Of a stretch of DNA of 32,000 nucleotides, positions 8,429-17,207 are shown in pieces; position 1 is the stretch's first letter, and each line of letters starts with the position of its first letter. The position numbers and the translations under genes are program-made. Location: assembly GCF_000010625.1 (NCBI RefSeq), contig NC_010296.1, forward strand, positions 5,790,001 through 5,822,000, given 5' to 3'. The notes under the pieces are model-generated. The model saw only the letters and a program-made list of their open reading frames with translations, was not told where the DNA came from and did not search any database. The stretch comes from Microcystis aeruginosa NIES-843. Its GTDB lineage: Bacteria; Cyanobacteriota; Cyanobacteriia; Cyanobacteriales; Microcystaceae.

Positions 8429-8711
8429 TTTTCCATTGCTCCTTATCGTATTCAGCGTGAGTTAAAACATACTTGATATAAATTAGCCGCTTCTGATAAT
8501 CGATACTGGTTATGAGACGATAACTATTCCCTTTAATGTTAAAAACAGTAAAGTTACCAACTGCTTCTGCTTTAGGAAATACTGTTTGAACCTCAACTAA
8601 ATTATACCAAATCGCTTGACTGGCAATTTTATACCAATTCTCTAAAGCTATTCGGGAATCAGCGTGTTTATTCGTAAATTCTCGTAGTCTTCGATAGCTG
8701 ATGACGTGCAT
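8412..8711 (-). CDS. higB: HigB-family (RelE-fold) mRNA interferase toxin
   Basis: 99 aa. MHVISYRRLREF...WYKI...FNIKGNSYRLITSIDYQKRLIYIKYVLTHAEYD matches my recollection of the HigB_toxin family pattern. Confidence 0.82.
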   Translation of the reverse strand: MHVISYRRLREFTNKHADSRIALENWYKIASQAIWYNLVEVQTVFPKAEAVGNFTVFNIKGNSYRLITSIDYQKRLIYIKYVLTHAEYDKEQWKNDPYF

Positions 8712-8778
8712 TTATAAAAACAAACATAAATTATCTCTGGGGGTGATTCGCTGCCAAAGTTGGTTTTCCATAGGTAAT

Positions 8779-9210
8779 TCAGTTGCCTGTAATCGTCCAA
8801 TCTTCTGCTCTTAAACCGGCAATTTGCCCAAAATCTGAGAGATTTCTCGTCAGCAGGATAGCCTGATTAACCATTGAGATAGCAGCAATCTTCAAATCCA
8901 TCGAACCCAAACGAGGGTAAGTTACCCGAAGTTCTTGAAAAACTTGACCTGCCTTTTCATCAAAGCCGACAATGGGAATCGTGCGATAATTAGCGAGGTG
9001 CTTTTCTAGCCTTCGATAGGCAACAACTTGGGTTTCAATCGAACTGGTCTTGGCTATGTAACTGAGCCATCCCCGCATTTGTTCTTCGTAGGTGATAATT
9101 GTGGTGGCAACTTCGCTGCTTGTAATAGCAGCCAGTTTTTTCAGCAGTTGTTGTGCCTGTTGTCCCCCGCGATCGAGAATGCTAATATGATCGGTATCAA
9201 GGAGATACAT
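8779..9210 (-). CDS. vapC: PIN-domain ribonuclease toxin VapC
   Basis: 143 aa. The N-terminal MYLLDTDHIS carries the first PIN acidic residue, and further conserved acidic positions are present. It sits immediately behind a 73-aa partner ORF. Confidence 0.88.
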   Translation of the reverse strand: MYLLDTDHISILDRGGQQAQQLLKKLAAITSSEVATTIITYEEQMRGWLSYIAKTSSIETQVVAYRRLEKHLANYRTIPIVGFDEKAGQVFQELRVTYPRLGSMDLKIAAISMVNQAILLTRNLSDFGQIAGLRAEDWTITGN

Positions 9211-9211
9211 T

Positions 9212-9433
9212 TCAGGATTCGGATGCTTCCTCGGCTAATGGTTTTAGGGACTGACGGTACTCTTGACCAAACTGCATTGCCTCTTCGTAAACCGGATCGT
9301 CAGCAAAAGTGCCGACAATTTTTTCCCACCAGGGAGTTTCGCTGACAGTAGGTAGCAAACGCTTAAGCAGTGCTACTTCAGCTTCTAAAGCTGCTAGTCT
9401 TATCTCTAGATCAGTGGTTAACATGGTTGACAT
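9212..9433 (-). CDS. putative antitoxin partner of VapC (unnamed family)
   Basis: 73-aa ORF ending 1 nt before the vapC start, with an N-terminal coiled coil (LEIRLAALEAEVALLKRLL). AGGAGG lies upstream. The start may instead be the second ATG at 9424. Confidence 0.68.
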   Translation of the reverse strand: MSTMLTTDLEIRLAALEAEVALLKRLLPTVSETPWWEKIVGTFADDPVYEEAMQFGQEYRQSLKPLAEEASES

Positions 9434-9504
9434 ATCCTCCTATTCTGCTCTTGCTCAAAGGTTAGCTCTAAAACAAAATTTGTTTCAACGCCAGAAGCCA
9501 TACG

Positions 9505-9690
9505 TTGACATCCTCGCCGCCGTAAACGGACGGTGATTCCCAAACCTCACGATTTAGGTTTCTGCTTCTTTCCCTTGCGGGGTTCCGCACCTGCCTTAAC
9601 AGATTTACTCTGTTCTGGTCTTATGGTCGCTCTACAGACTGACACCGCAAGCCCTGCGGCCAAAATATTTTTACTAGCGTTAACATCTCG
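9505..9690 (-). ncRNA. predicted omega-RNA (reRNA) scaffold of TnpB element 1; 5' limit not determined
   Basis: Placed by position: it overlaps the tnpB 3' end and the RE. A terminal hairpin plus the GAGGATGTCAA motif is shared with the second TnpB element in this window. Confidence 0.4.
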
Positions 9691-10734
9691 GTCATGGTGT
9701 GTCCCACAGTCTGGACAATCCCATTCTCGAACATTTAACGGCATCTTTTCGACAATATGCCCGCAATTACTACACCTTTTAGAGCTAGGAAACCATCTAT
9801 CTATTTCGATGTAATTTCTCCCATACCAACGGCATTTATAGGCTAATTGTCGAGTGATTTCTCCCCAGCTAACGTCAGATATTGCCTGAGATAATTTCGG
9901 GTTTTTGACCATATTCTTGACGGCTAAATTCTCAACCACAATCGTTTGGTTTTCACGAACTAATTGAGTGGTTAGCTTGTGTAAATGGTCTTTCCTGCTA
10001 TCGGTGATTTGAGCGTGAATCCTTGCTACTTTGATTCTTGCTTTTTCCCGATTTTTTGACCCTTTCTGTTTTCTAGAAAGGCTTTTTTGGGCCTTTCGCA
10101 GTCTCCGATAATGCTTTTTAAAATGCTCAGGATTAGATACTTTGTCACCATCGCTGGTAATGACAAGGCTACTAATTCCTAAGTCAATTCCAATGGCTTT
10201 ATCTGTTACTGGTAATGGCTTAATCGTTGGGTCATCAAATCTAATTGAAATATGCCAACGTCCTGAGGGATGTAATCTGACTGTTACTGTACTTGGTTCA
10301 CAGCTTTCTGGGATGTGTCTTGACCATCGAATAGGTAAAGGTTCTGTGCATTTAGCTAAATAGATTTGTTTGTCTTTGAATTTAAAAGCAGACTTGGTAA
10401 ATTCGGCACTTCCTCCCTGATGTTTTTTCTTAAAGCTAGGATACTTAGTACGACCAGCAAAGAAATTAGTGAAAGCTGTTTGTAAATGTCTTAACCCTTG
10501 TTGTAAGGGTACACAGCTTACTTCATTGAGAAAGTTTAATTCTTCTTGCTTTTTCCAATCAGTTAGCATTGAAGAAGTTTGAGCGTAGCCTACTCTTTCT
10601 TGCTTTTCGTACCAAGCTTGTGTTCGTTCGTGGAGAGCTTTGTTGTAAACTAATCTTACACAGCCCAATGTGCGCCGCAATAGCGACTCTTGTTCGGGTG
10701 TTGGGTAAAATCGAAACGAATAGGCTTTTTCCAT
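9547..10734 (-). CDS. tnpB: RNA-guided endonuclease TnpB (IS200/IS605 OrfB)
   Basis: 395 aa. N-terminus MEKAYSFRFYPTPEQ. RuvC motifs GIDLG, VVENL and HHDRDVNASKNI. Zn finger CSNCG...CPDCG. Confidence 0.93.
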   Translation of the reverse strand: MEKAYSFRFYPTPEQESLLRRTLGCVRLVYNKALHERTQAWYEKQERVGYAQTSSMLTDWKKQEELNFLNEVSCVPLQQGLRHLQTAFTNFFAGRTKYPSFKKKHQGGSAEFTKSAFKFKDKQIYLAKCTEPLPIRWSRHIPESCEPSTVTVRLHPSGRWHISIRFDDPTIKPLPVTDKAIGIDLGISSLVITSDGDKVSNPEHFKKHYRRLRKAQKSLSRKQKGSKNREKARIKVARIHAQITDSRKDHLHKLTTQLVRENQTIVVENLAVKNMVKNPKLSQAISDVSWGEITRQLAYKCRWYGRNYIEIDRWFPSSKRCSNCGHIVEKMPLNVREWDCPDCGTHHDRDVNASKNILAAGLAVSVCRATIRPEQSKSVKAGAEPRKGKKQKPKS

Positions 10735-10985
10735 GTCTCACATTTTAGCATATATTTCGTAAATGTGCTAATATTTAACAGTAAAGCCGCCGTAAAACGG
10801 CGGGGTTTCAGACCCAAATTTTCGATGACCAACTCATGGCTGATGCTCTTAAAGCTACTGGACTCTCTTATTCTTTGTGTGATAAATTTAACTTATATAG
10901 TAGTGATCGATCTTTGTGTCCTTTGTGTCTCTGTGGTTCGTTCCCCTCACTATTTATTGCCGGCAGTCTTCATTGACTATCTAGA

Positions 10986-11025
10986 CCAAAAAAGCCAGTC
11001 TTCCCTAATTTTTCGGGAAAACTGG
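10986..11025 (-). terminator. intrinsic terminator of dxs
   Basis: Minus-strand RNA reads CCAGUUUUCCC-gaaaaauua-GGGAAGACUGG (11-bp stem with one G-U) followed by CUUUUUUGG, 20 nt after the dxs stop. Confidence 0.6.
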
Positions 11026-11044
11026 ATAAGCTAATCTTGAGATT

Positions 11045-12955
11045 TTAACCAACGTTAGCGGTTTGTTTTTGGCTAAAAAATGCCGCTAAAACCTGTTGGG
11101 CAATCTGGGGACTGGTTAAACCCAAATCAGCGAAGGATTCCTCTGGTGTTGCGTGGTCCACTAATTTATCGGGAACCCCGAAACGCTTGACCGGAACTAG
11201 AATATTAGCATCCTGTAAAGCTTCCAAAACCGCAGAACCAAAACCACCCATCAAACAACCTTCTTCTAAAGTCACCACCTTACCAAGACGTTGGGCAAGG
11301 GGAAAGATAAGTTCTGTATCAAGGGGCTTGACAAAACGAGCATTAACCACTGTGGCTTCGATGCCGTGTTCGCTGAGGATTTCGGCCACCTGTAGGGAAG
11401 TGTTGACCATCGTGCCGTATCCCAACAGGAGAATATCATCGCCACTGCGGAGAATTTCGCCCTTACCGATGGGTAAAGCTTCCCAACCTTCTTCCATCAG
11501 GGGAACCCCCAAACCGTTGCCCCGGGGGTAACGCATGGCAATGGGGCCGCTGGTATGATTAATCCCCGTCACCACCATTCTTTGCAGTTCCGCCTCATCT
11601 TTGGGGGCCATAATGGTCATATTGGGGATACAACGCAGGTAGGCGATATCGTACATCCCTTGGTGGGTCGGTCCATCGGCCCCGACAATACCGGCCCGGT
11701 CCATGCAGAAGAAAACCGGTAGATTTTGAATGCAGATATCGTGAATAATCTGATCAAAAGCCCGCTGCAGGAAAGTAGAGTAAATAGTGACAACCGGGCG
11801 CATTCCTTCGCAAGCAAGACCACCAGCGAGAGTAACGGCGTGTTGTTCGGCAATTCCCACATCGATGTACTGTTTCGGCAGTTTTGCTTGAAATTTGTCT
11901 AATCCCGTCCCAGTAGCCATGGCGGCGGTGATACCGATAATGCGCGGGTCATTTTCCGCTAATTTAGTGAGAGTATGCCCGAAAACTTTAGAATAAGCGG
12001 GGGGTTTCGGTTTACTGGAGGGAATCGGTTTACCCGTGGCTAAATTAAAGGGATTTTGGGCATGATAACCCACTTGATCTTTTTCGGCCCATTCGTAGCC
12101 TTTGCCTTTAACGGTGGCAACGTGGACGAAAACCGGTCCGTGGACCTTATGGGCCTGTTTAAAAGTGGCGATTAATTCGGGAATATTATGACCATCAATC
12201 GGGCCAAAATATTTAAAGCCCAATTCTTCGATGACCGCGCCAACCTTGGGAACTGCTAACCGTTTCATCCCTTCTTTGACTCGTTCCATTTCGGGAGTGA
12301 GGGAATCCCCGAAGAAGGGTAGATTTTTAAATTGTTCTTCGAGATTATCGGCGATAAACTGGACGGGTTCGCTTAGACGAACTTTATTGAGATAGCGGGA
12401 AATTGCCCCGACGTTGGGGGAAATGGACATCTCGTTATCGTTGAGGATAACCATGATGTTGGTGTTCGGTAAATGTCCAGCATGGTTAATCGCCTCTAGG
12501 GCCATACCCCCGGTTAAAGCGCCATCCCCGATGATCGATACCACCTTGAAATCTTCCCCCTTGGCATCCCGGGCTAAAGCCATTCCTAACCCCGCAGAAA
12601 TGCTCGTAGAGGCGTGTCCAGCCCCAAAATGGTCAAATTTGCTCTCGCAACGTTTTAGATAGCCCGCAATGCCGTCTTTTTGGCGCAGGGTGTGAAAATC
12701 GTTATAGCGACCGGTAAGGAGTTTGTGCGGATAAGCTTGGTGTCCCACGTCCCAAAGGACTTTATCTCGATCGAGATCGAGGGTCTGGTAAAGGGCGATC
12801 GTTAGTTCTACGACTCCTAACCCCGGTCCCAAATGTCCACCGGTAGCGGCGATCGTCTGGAGGTGTTTTTCGCGAATCTGACGGGCAATATCTTCTAATT
12901 GACGGAGTGATAAACCATGTAACTGGTTGGGATGAGTAATTTCACTTAGGTGCAT
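11045..12955 (-). CDS. dxs: 1-deoxy-D-xylulose-5-phosphate synthase
   Basis: 636-aa full-length DXS with motifs [26 protein letters not shown] and the transketolase-like C-terminal domains. Confidence 0.97.
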   Translation of the reverse strand: MHLSEITHPNQLHGLSLRQLEDIARQIREKHLQTIAATGGHLGPGLGVVELTIALYQTLDLDRDKVLWDVGHQAYPHKLLTGRYNDFHTLRQKDGIAGYLKRCESKFDHFGAGHASTSISAGLGMALARDAKGEDFKVVSIIGDGALTGGMALEAINHAGHLPNTNIMVILNDNEMSISPNVGAISRYLNKVRLSEPVQFIADNLEEQFKNLPFFGDSLTPEMERVKEGMKRLAVPKVGAVIEELGFKYFGPIDGHNIPELIATFKQAHKVHGPVFVHVATVKGKGYEWAEKDQVGYHAQNPFNLATGKPIPSSKPKPPAYSKVFGHTLTKLAENDPRIIGITAAMATGTGLDKFQAKLPKQYIDVGIAEQHAVTLAGGLACEGMRPVVTIYSTFLQRAFDQIIHDICIQNLPVFFCMDRAGIVGADGPTHQGMYDIAYLRCIPNMTIMAPKDEAELQRMVVTGINHTSGPIAMRYPRGNGLGVPLMEEGWEALPIGKGEILRSGDDILLLGYGTMVNTSLQVAEILSEHGIEATVVNARFVKPLDTELIFPLAQRLGKVVTLEEGCLMGGFGSAVLEALQDANILVPVKRFGVPDKLVDHATPEESFADLGLTSPQIAQQVLAAFFSQKQTANVG

Positions 12956-13028
12956 ATCGGCTTCTTTTTCAAAGTAGTTTATCCCTATACCAACTGTATA
13001 GGATTTTCAGCCTGAGATGAGGGAAAAT

Positions 13029-13799
13029 CTAGGCTAATCTGGCCGCCGTGCGTAAAATTTGGCCGGCTAACATGGCAGCCCCAAAACCATTATCGATATT
13101 AACCACACCGATACCGACCGCGCAGGAATTGAGCATAGTTAACAAAGGAGCAATACCACCGAAACTGGTTCCGTAACCGATACTGGTGGGAACGGCGATC
13201 ACCGGGCGATCGACTAATCCCGCTACCACACTTGGTAAGGCTCCTTCCATTCCCGCAACAACAATTAACACATCGGCAGCATCCAGTAGATGGCGATGAT
13301 TCAAGAGGCGATGAATTCCCGCTACTCCCACATCCCAGAGACGCTGCACGGAAAAACCGCATAATTGAGCAGTAACCGCCGCCTCCTCCGCTACGGGAAT
13401 ATCGGCAGTTCCCGCCGTTAGGATGGAAATTATCCCTTTTGGGGGATTTTCTGGAGCGGATGCGGCAATGGCACAGATGCGGGCTAAGGGATAATAAACT
13501 AAGTCTGTCACCTGTTCCTGTAGCTGAGCTGCTATCTCTGCTTCAATGCGGGTGGCCATAACCACGGGACTATTTTGACGCAAAACATTGATAATTTGGG
13601 CGATTTGAGCGGTGGTTTTACCCGGCCCCCAGATAACCTCTGGAAATCCCGTTCTTAATTGACGATGATGGTCAATTTTAGCGAAGTCTTCCACCGGTTC
13701 AAAGGCCAGATGTTTAAGTTTATCTAAGGCTGTCTCCGGGTTAATTTCTCCTCTGGCAACGGCGGTCAGCAGCGATCGCAAATCGGCAGCATGGAACAT
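13029..13799 (-). CDS. larB: LarB-type (PurE-like) nickel-pincer cofactor biosynthesis carboxylase/hydrolase (CpmA homologue)
   Basis: 256 aa. The N-terminal domain with RTGFPEVIWGPGKT and the PurE-like C-terminal half (AGTADIPVAEEA...VVAGMEGALPSVVAG) match the LarB family. Confidence 0.82.
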   Translation of the reverse strand: MFHAADLRSLLTAVARGEINPETALDKLKHLAFEPVEDFAKIDHHRQLRTGFPEVIWGPGKTTAQIAQIINVLRQNSPVVMATRIEAEIAAQLQEQVTDLVYYPLARICAIAASAPENPPKGIISILTAGTADIPVAEEAAVTAQLCGFSVQRLWDVGVAGIHRLLNHRHLLDAADVLIVVAGMEGALPSVVAGLVDRPVIAVPTSIGYGTSFGGIAPLLTMLNSCAVGIGVVNIDNGFGAAMLAGQILRTAARLA

Positions 13800-13801
13800 G
13801 G

Positions 13802-13833
13802 TCAGTTATCAGTTATCAGTTATCAGTTATCAG
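13802..13833. repeat. (TTATCAG)4.5 heptamer array, equal to (CTGATAA)n on the coding strand of larB, ending 2 nt from the start codon
   Basis: Direct reading. Units at 13806, 13813, 13820 and 13827. Confidence 0.92.
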
Positions 13834-13923
13834 TGGGTAAGTTAACAGTTATCAGATTTGAGTTTTAAGTGAGCAGTATGTGTTAAGTGACCAGTATTAA
13901 ATAGCAGTTTCTTGCCATCTTTT

Positions 13924-13965
13924 CACTGTTTACTGATCACTGATTACTGCTCACTGCTCACTGCT
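13924..13965. repeat. six degenerate heptamers YACTGNT (inverted relatives of the 13802-13833 array)
   Basis: CACTGTT TACTGAT CACTGAT TACTGCT CACTGCT CACTGCT. Confidence 0.8.
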
Positions 13966-14055
13966 AAGCTAAACGGCGCTTAACCTGCATGATCCAACAG
14001 CTATAACCCTTTTGGAGTCTATATCGGTGATCCGAAGTAAAAGCCGTTTAGCTTA

Positions 14056-15804
14056 TTAGGAGGCCATGGTAGCTGCGGGACGACGGCGGCGATAAGTACG
14101 ATTGTTCGCTGGTTCCGTTGCCGCCGCTTGCAGGAGGAAAATCACTAGGGGTTGACTCTGTAACTCCCGTTTGATTAAACGTTGCAAAGTCGTCTCGATT
14201 TCGGCCCGCAAACCGGCCCAATCCGTGGCCCCCGTGGCGGTTTTAAATTCACCGATGCGATCGCTTAAACAGCGTTCGATCGCCCGAATAATTAGCTGAT
14301 TCAGCAGCGAGATTTCCACTTTTGTCACCACACCGCGCAAATTAATCTCTGGGGGTGCGCTTAATTGTCCCTCCCCGTTAACGAAGGTTGCGATCGTAAT
14401 CACACCATCTTCGGCTAACTGTTGTCTTTCCTGCATAATGTGTTCGTGGACCACACCCGCTTGATCGACTAACTCGATTCCCGAAGGCACTGGTGTGCCA
14501 AGTCCAATGCGATCACCAGTTAACTCGATCGTGTCACCATTTTTGACAATTACCATATTTTCGGCGGGAATACCCATACTTTGGGCCATCTGAGCGTGTT
14601 TGACCAGCATTCGGTGTTCTCCATGCACTGGCACAAAAAACTTCGGCCGGGTCAAAGATAGCATCAATTTATGGTCTTCTTGGGAACCATGGCCGGAAAC
14701 GTGAATTCCCTTATCGCGTCCGTAAACTACGTTAGCACCCTGCATCATCAGGCGATCAATTGTATTGACCACAGCGATCGTATTACCCGGAATCGGATTA
14801 GCGGAAAAGACAATCGTATCCCCCTGACGCACGCGAATATGAGGATGTTCACCCTTAGAAATCCGCGTCATGGCCGCTAAAGGTTCCCCCTGGGAGCCTG
14901 TGGTTAAAATGACGATTTTATCATCGGCTAAATTGCGGGTCGCTTTCAAGGGTTCAAACAGATCATCGGGACATTTTATATACCCCAAATTACGCGCATG
15001 AGCGATGACATTTAACATCGATCGACCCACTACCACCACTTTCCGGTTAAATTTCTGGGCCAATTTCAACACCAGATTAATCCGATGCACCGAAGAGGCA
15101 AAGGTAGTGATCATAATCCGTCCCGTTGCTTGGTTAAAAACCCGCTCTAAACCGGGATAAACGGAAGCTTCCGAAGGAGTATAACCGGGTACTTCCGCGT
15201 TAGTGGAATCACTCAATAAACATAGCACCCCTTTCTCGCCATGTTCGGCAATTTTTTGTAGATCAAAGAATTCGCCATCCACGGGAGTATGGTCAATTTT
15301 AAAATCTCCCGTGTGAATAACTACCCCTAAAGGAGTGTGAATTGCTACACAAAAACTATCGGCGATCGAGTGGGTATTGCGGATATATTCCACCATGAAA
15401 GATTTACCTAAACGCACCATTTGCCGAGGAGCAACGGTTTCTAATTTGGTACGATTTGCTAATCCTGCTTCTTCCAATTTATCCCGCAATAAAGCCATCG
15501 CTAGGCGCGGACCGTAGATAATTGGCACATCAAATTGTTTGAGATGGTAGGGAATGCCACCGATATGATCTTCGTGACCGTGGGTGACGATCATACCCTT
15601 AATTTTATGGCGATTTTCTCTTAGATAAGTCATATCGGGAAGCACTACATTGACCCCGTGCATATCATCGGAAGGAAAAGCTAAACCGGCATCCAAGAGA
15701 ATAATCTCATCATCGTACTCAAAAACACAGGTGTTTTTGCCGATTTCGTGTAGTCCTCCTAGGGGAATGATCTTTAGTTTTGCTTGGGTTTTATCTTGAT
15801 TCAT
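14056..15804 (-). CDS. rnj: ribonuclease J (metallo-beta-lactamase / beta-CASP)
   Basis: 582 aa. Motifs HGHEDHIGG and VHVSGHGSQED, beta-CASP organisation, and an Arg-rich C-terminal tail. Confidence 0.95.
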   Translation of the reverse strand: MNQDKTQAKLKIIPLGGLHEIGKNTCVFEYDDEIILLDAGLAFPSDDMHGVNVVLPDMTYLRENRHKIKGMIVTHGHEDHIGGIPYHLKQFDVPIIYGPRLAMALLRDKLEEAGLANRTKLETVAPRQMVRLGKSFMVEYIRNTHSIADSFCVAIHTPLGVVIHTGDFKIDHTPVDGEFFDLQKIAEHGEKGVLCLLSDSTNAEVPGYTPSEASVYPGLERVFNQATGRIMITTFASSVHRINLVLKLAQKFNRKVVVVGRSMLNVIAHARNLGYIKCPDDLFEPLKATRNLADDKIVILTTGSQGEPLAAMTRISKGEHPHIRVRQGDTIVFSANPIPGNTIAVVNTIDRLMMQGANVVYGRDKGIHVSGHGSQEDHKLMLSLTRPKFFVPVHGEHRMLVKHAQMAQSMGIPAENMVIVKNGDTIELTGDRIGLGTPVPSGIELVDQAGVVHEHIMQERQQLAEDGVITIATFVNGEGQLSAPPEINLRGVVTKVEISLLNQLIIRAIERCLSDRIGEFKTATGATDWAGLRAEIETTLQRLIKRELQSQPLVIFLLQAAATEPANNRTYRRRRPAATMAS

Positions 15805-16046
15805 TAGGTGTCCTTTGATGGTAAGTTATGGTGATTTTTCAGGTGGTTTTTTTGGACGGGAAATCTCAAAAAATGAATAGTTAGAATAAGTCGAACTAGG
15901 TAAATAACACCTAGCTAAACTCACTTAGTATCAATACTTTCTAGCAGTTCTAAACTATATTTCTTTTCTTCTAGTTAAGCTATTAATATTATAACCTACT
16001 TTCTCGAAAAATCCCAGTTTAGTGGGCAAGAATTTCTAGTATTTTT

Positions 16047-16940
16047 CTAGATTAAAGCCAATTCTTGCATGATTTTTGCTAATCCTTCTTCTAGTTCGGG
16101 ACTTAAGGAACATAAAGGAAGTCTTAGACCCCCCACTTCCCAACCGACTAGATTTAAGGCCGCTTTAATTGGAATTGGATTAGTGGCACAGAATAAACCT
16201 TTAAACAGGGGAAATAATTTCAAGTTAATCTCGATCGCTTTGGCTGCATCTCCGGTTAATAAAGCTTGAATCATCCCTTGGATTTCTTCTCCCACCAGAT
16301 GACTAGCAACACTGACCACCCCCACCGCACCACAGGTCATCAGGGGTAAGGTGAGAAAATCATCGCCGGAATAAATAGCGAAATTTTCAGGGGTATGACA
16401 GTAAATCTTGCAGGTTTGTTCTAAATTACCACTAGCTTCTTTTACCGCCACAATATTATCAACTGCTGCCAGTTTAATAATCGTTTCCGGGGTCATATTT
16501 TGACCCGTACGACCGGGGATATTATAAAGCATTACTGGCAGATCGGGACAAGCTTTGGCAATGGTCAGAAAATGCTCGTATAAACCCTCTTGGGGTGGTT
16601 TATTGTAGTAGGGAACCACTTGTAAAGAACCATCTAAACCCAGTTTAGCAGCCTGTTGGGTAGCTTCGATCGCTTCGGAAGTGGAATTAGAACCCGTCCC
16701 CGCGATCACTTTTCCCCGACCATTAACCGCTTTTTTGACAATACTAAATAGTTCGTATTCTTCCTGCCAACTTAGGGTGGGTGATTCTCCCGTCGTCCCA
16801 CAGACCACTATACCATCGCTACCGTGAGTAACTAGATAATCGGCCAATTTTTCCACCAGGGCATAATTAACTTGACCCTCGACGGTGAAGGGGGTCACCA
16901 TCGCCGTAATTACTCGTCCAAAATATGTTGTTTCACTCAT
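16047..16940 (-). CDS. dapA: 4-hydroxy-tetrahydrodipicolinate synthase
   Basis: 297 aa. Motifs [30 protein letters not shown] and AVKEASG. Confidence 0.97.
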   Translation of the reverse strand: MSETTYFGRVITAMVTPFTVEGQVNYALVEKLADYLVTHGSDGIVVCGTTGESPTLSWQEEYELFSIVKKAVNGRGKVIAGTGSNSTSEAIEATQQAAKLGLDGSLQVVPYYNKPPQEGLYEHFLTIAKACPDLPVMLYNIPGRTGQNMTPETIIKLAAVDNIVAVKEASGNLEQTCKIYCHTPENFAIYSGDDFLTLPLMTCGAVGVVSVASHLVGEEIQGMIQALLTGDAAKAIEINLKLFPLFKGLFCATNPIPIKAALNLVGWEVGGLRLPLCSLSPELEEGLAKIMQELALI

Positions 16941-16975
16941 TTATCAGTTATCAGTTATCAGTTATCAGTTATCAG
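16941..16975. repeat. (TTATCAG)5, equal to (CTGATAA)5 on the dapA coding strand, directly abutting the ATG
   Basis: Five perfect units from 16941 to 16975. The dapA start codon occupies 16938-16940. Confidence 0.95.
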
Positions 16976-17207
16976 CTTCTCAAGGCAAGAGGCAACAGAA
17001 AGAATCTAGCAATCCTCCTACCTAAAAAGAAGGTTAGAAACTAAGTACATCGAAGCTTTTAGCTTAACAAATTAGGTTTTAGATTCGGCCTTTGTCATCA
17101 GTTTGTGAGCGATCAGCAATCAGCTTTCAGACTTTACTTATCCGGTTAATTAGCTATTTTTCTAATTATTATCGCCTTGATTTAGCTGAAGGCTGATAGC
17201 TTAATTA

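Larger units (their letters stand above)
9505..10830 (-). mobile_element. non-autonomous IS200/IS605-family element (tnpB only, IS1341-like); the LE boundary is approximate
   Basis: Near-identical sub-terminal hairpins CCGCCG-taaaa-CGGCGG (10787-10803) and CCGCCG-taaa-CGGaCGG (9517-9533). The coding-strand right end reads GAGGATGTCAA. No Y1 tnpA ORF is present. Confidence 0.68.

Noticed and set aside
10690-11034. 114-aa plus-strand ORF in the tnpB-dxs spacer, and the 60-aa ORF at 4047-4229.
   Set aside because: Both start inside or against neighbouring genes and run through the IS left end or promoter DNA. They are hydrophobic low-complexity sequences with no SD, so probably non-coding.
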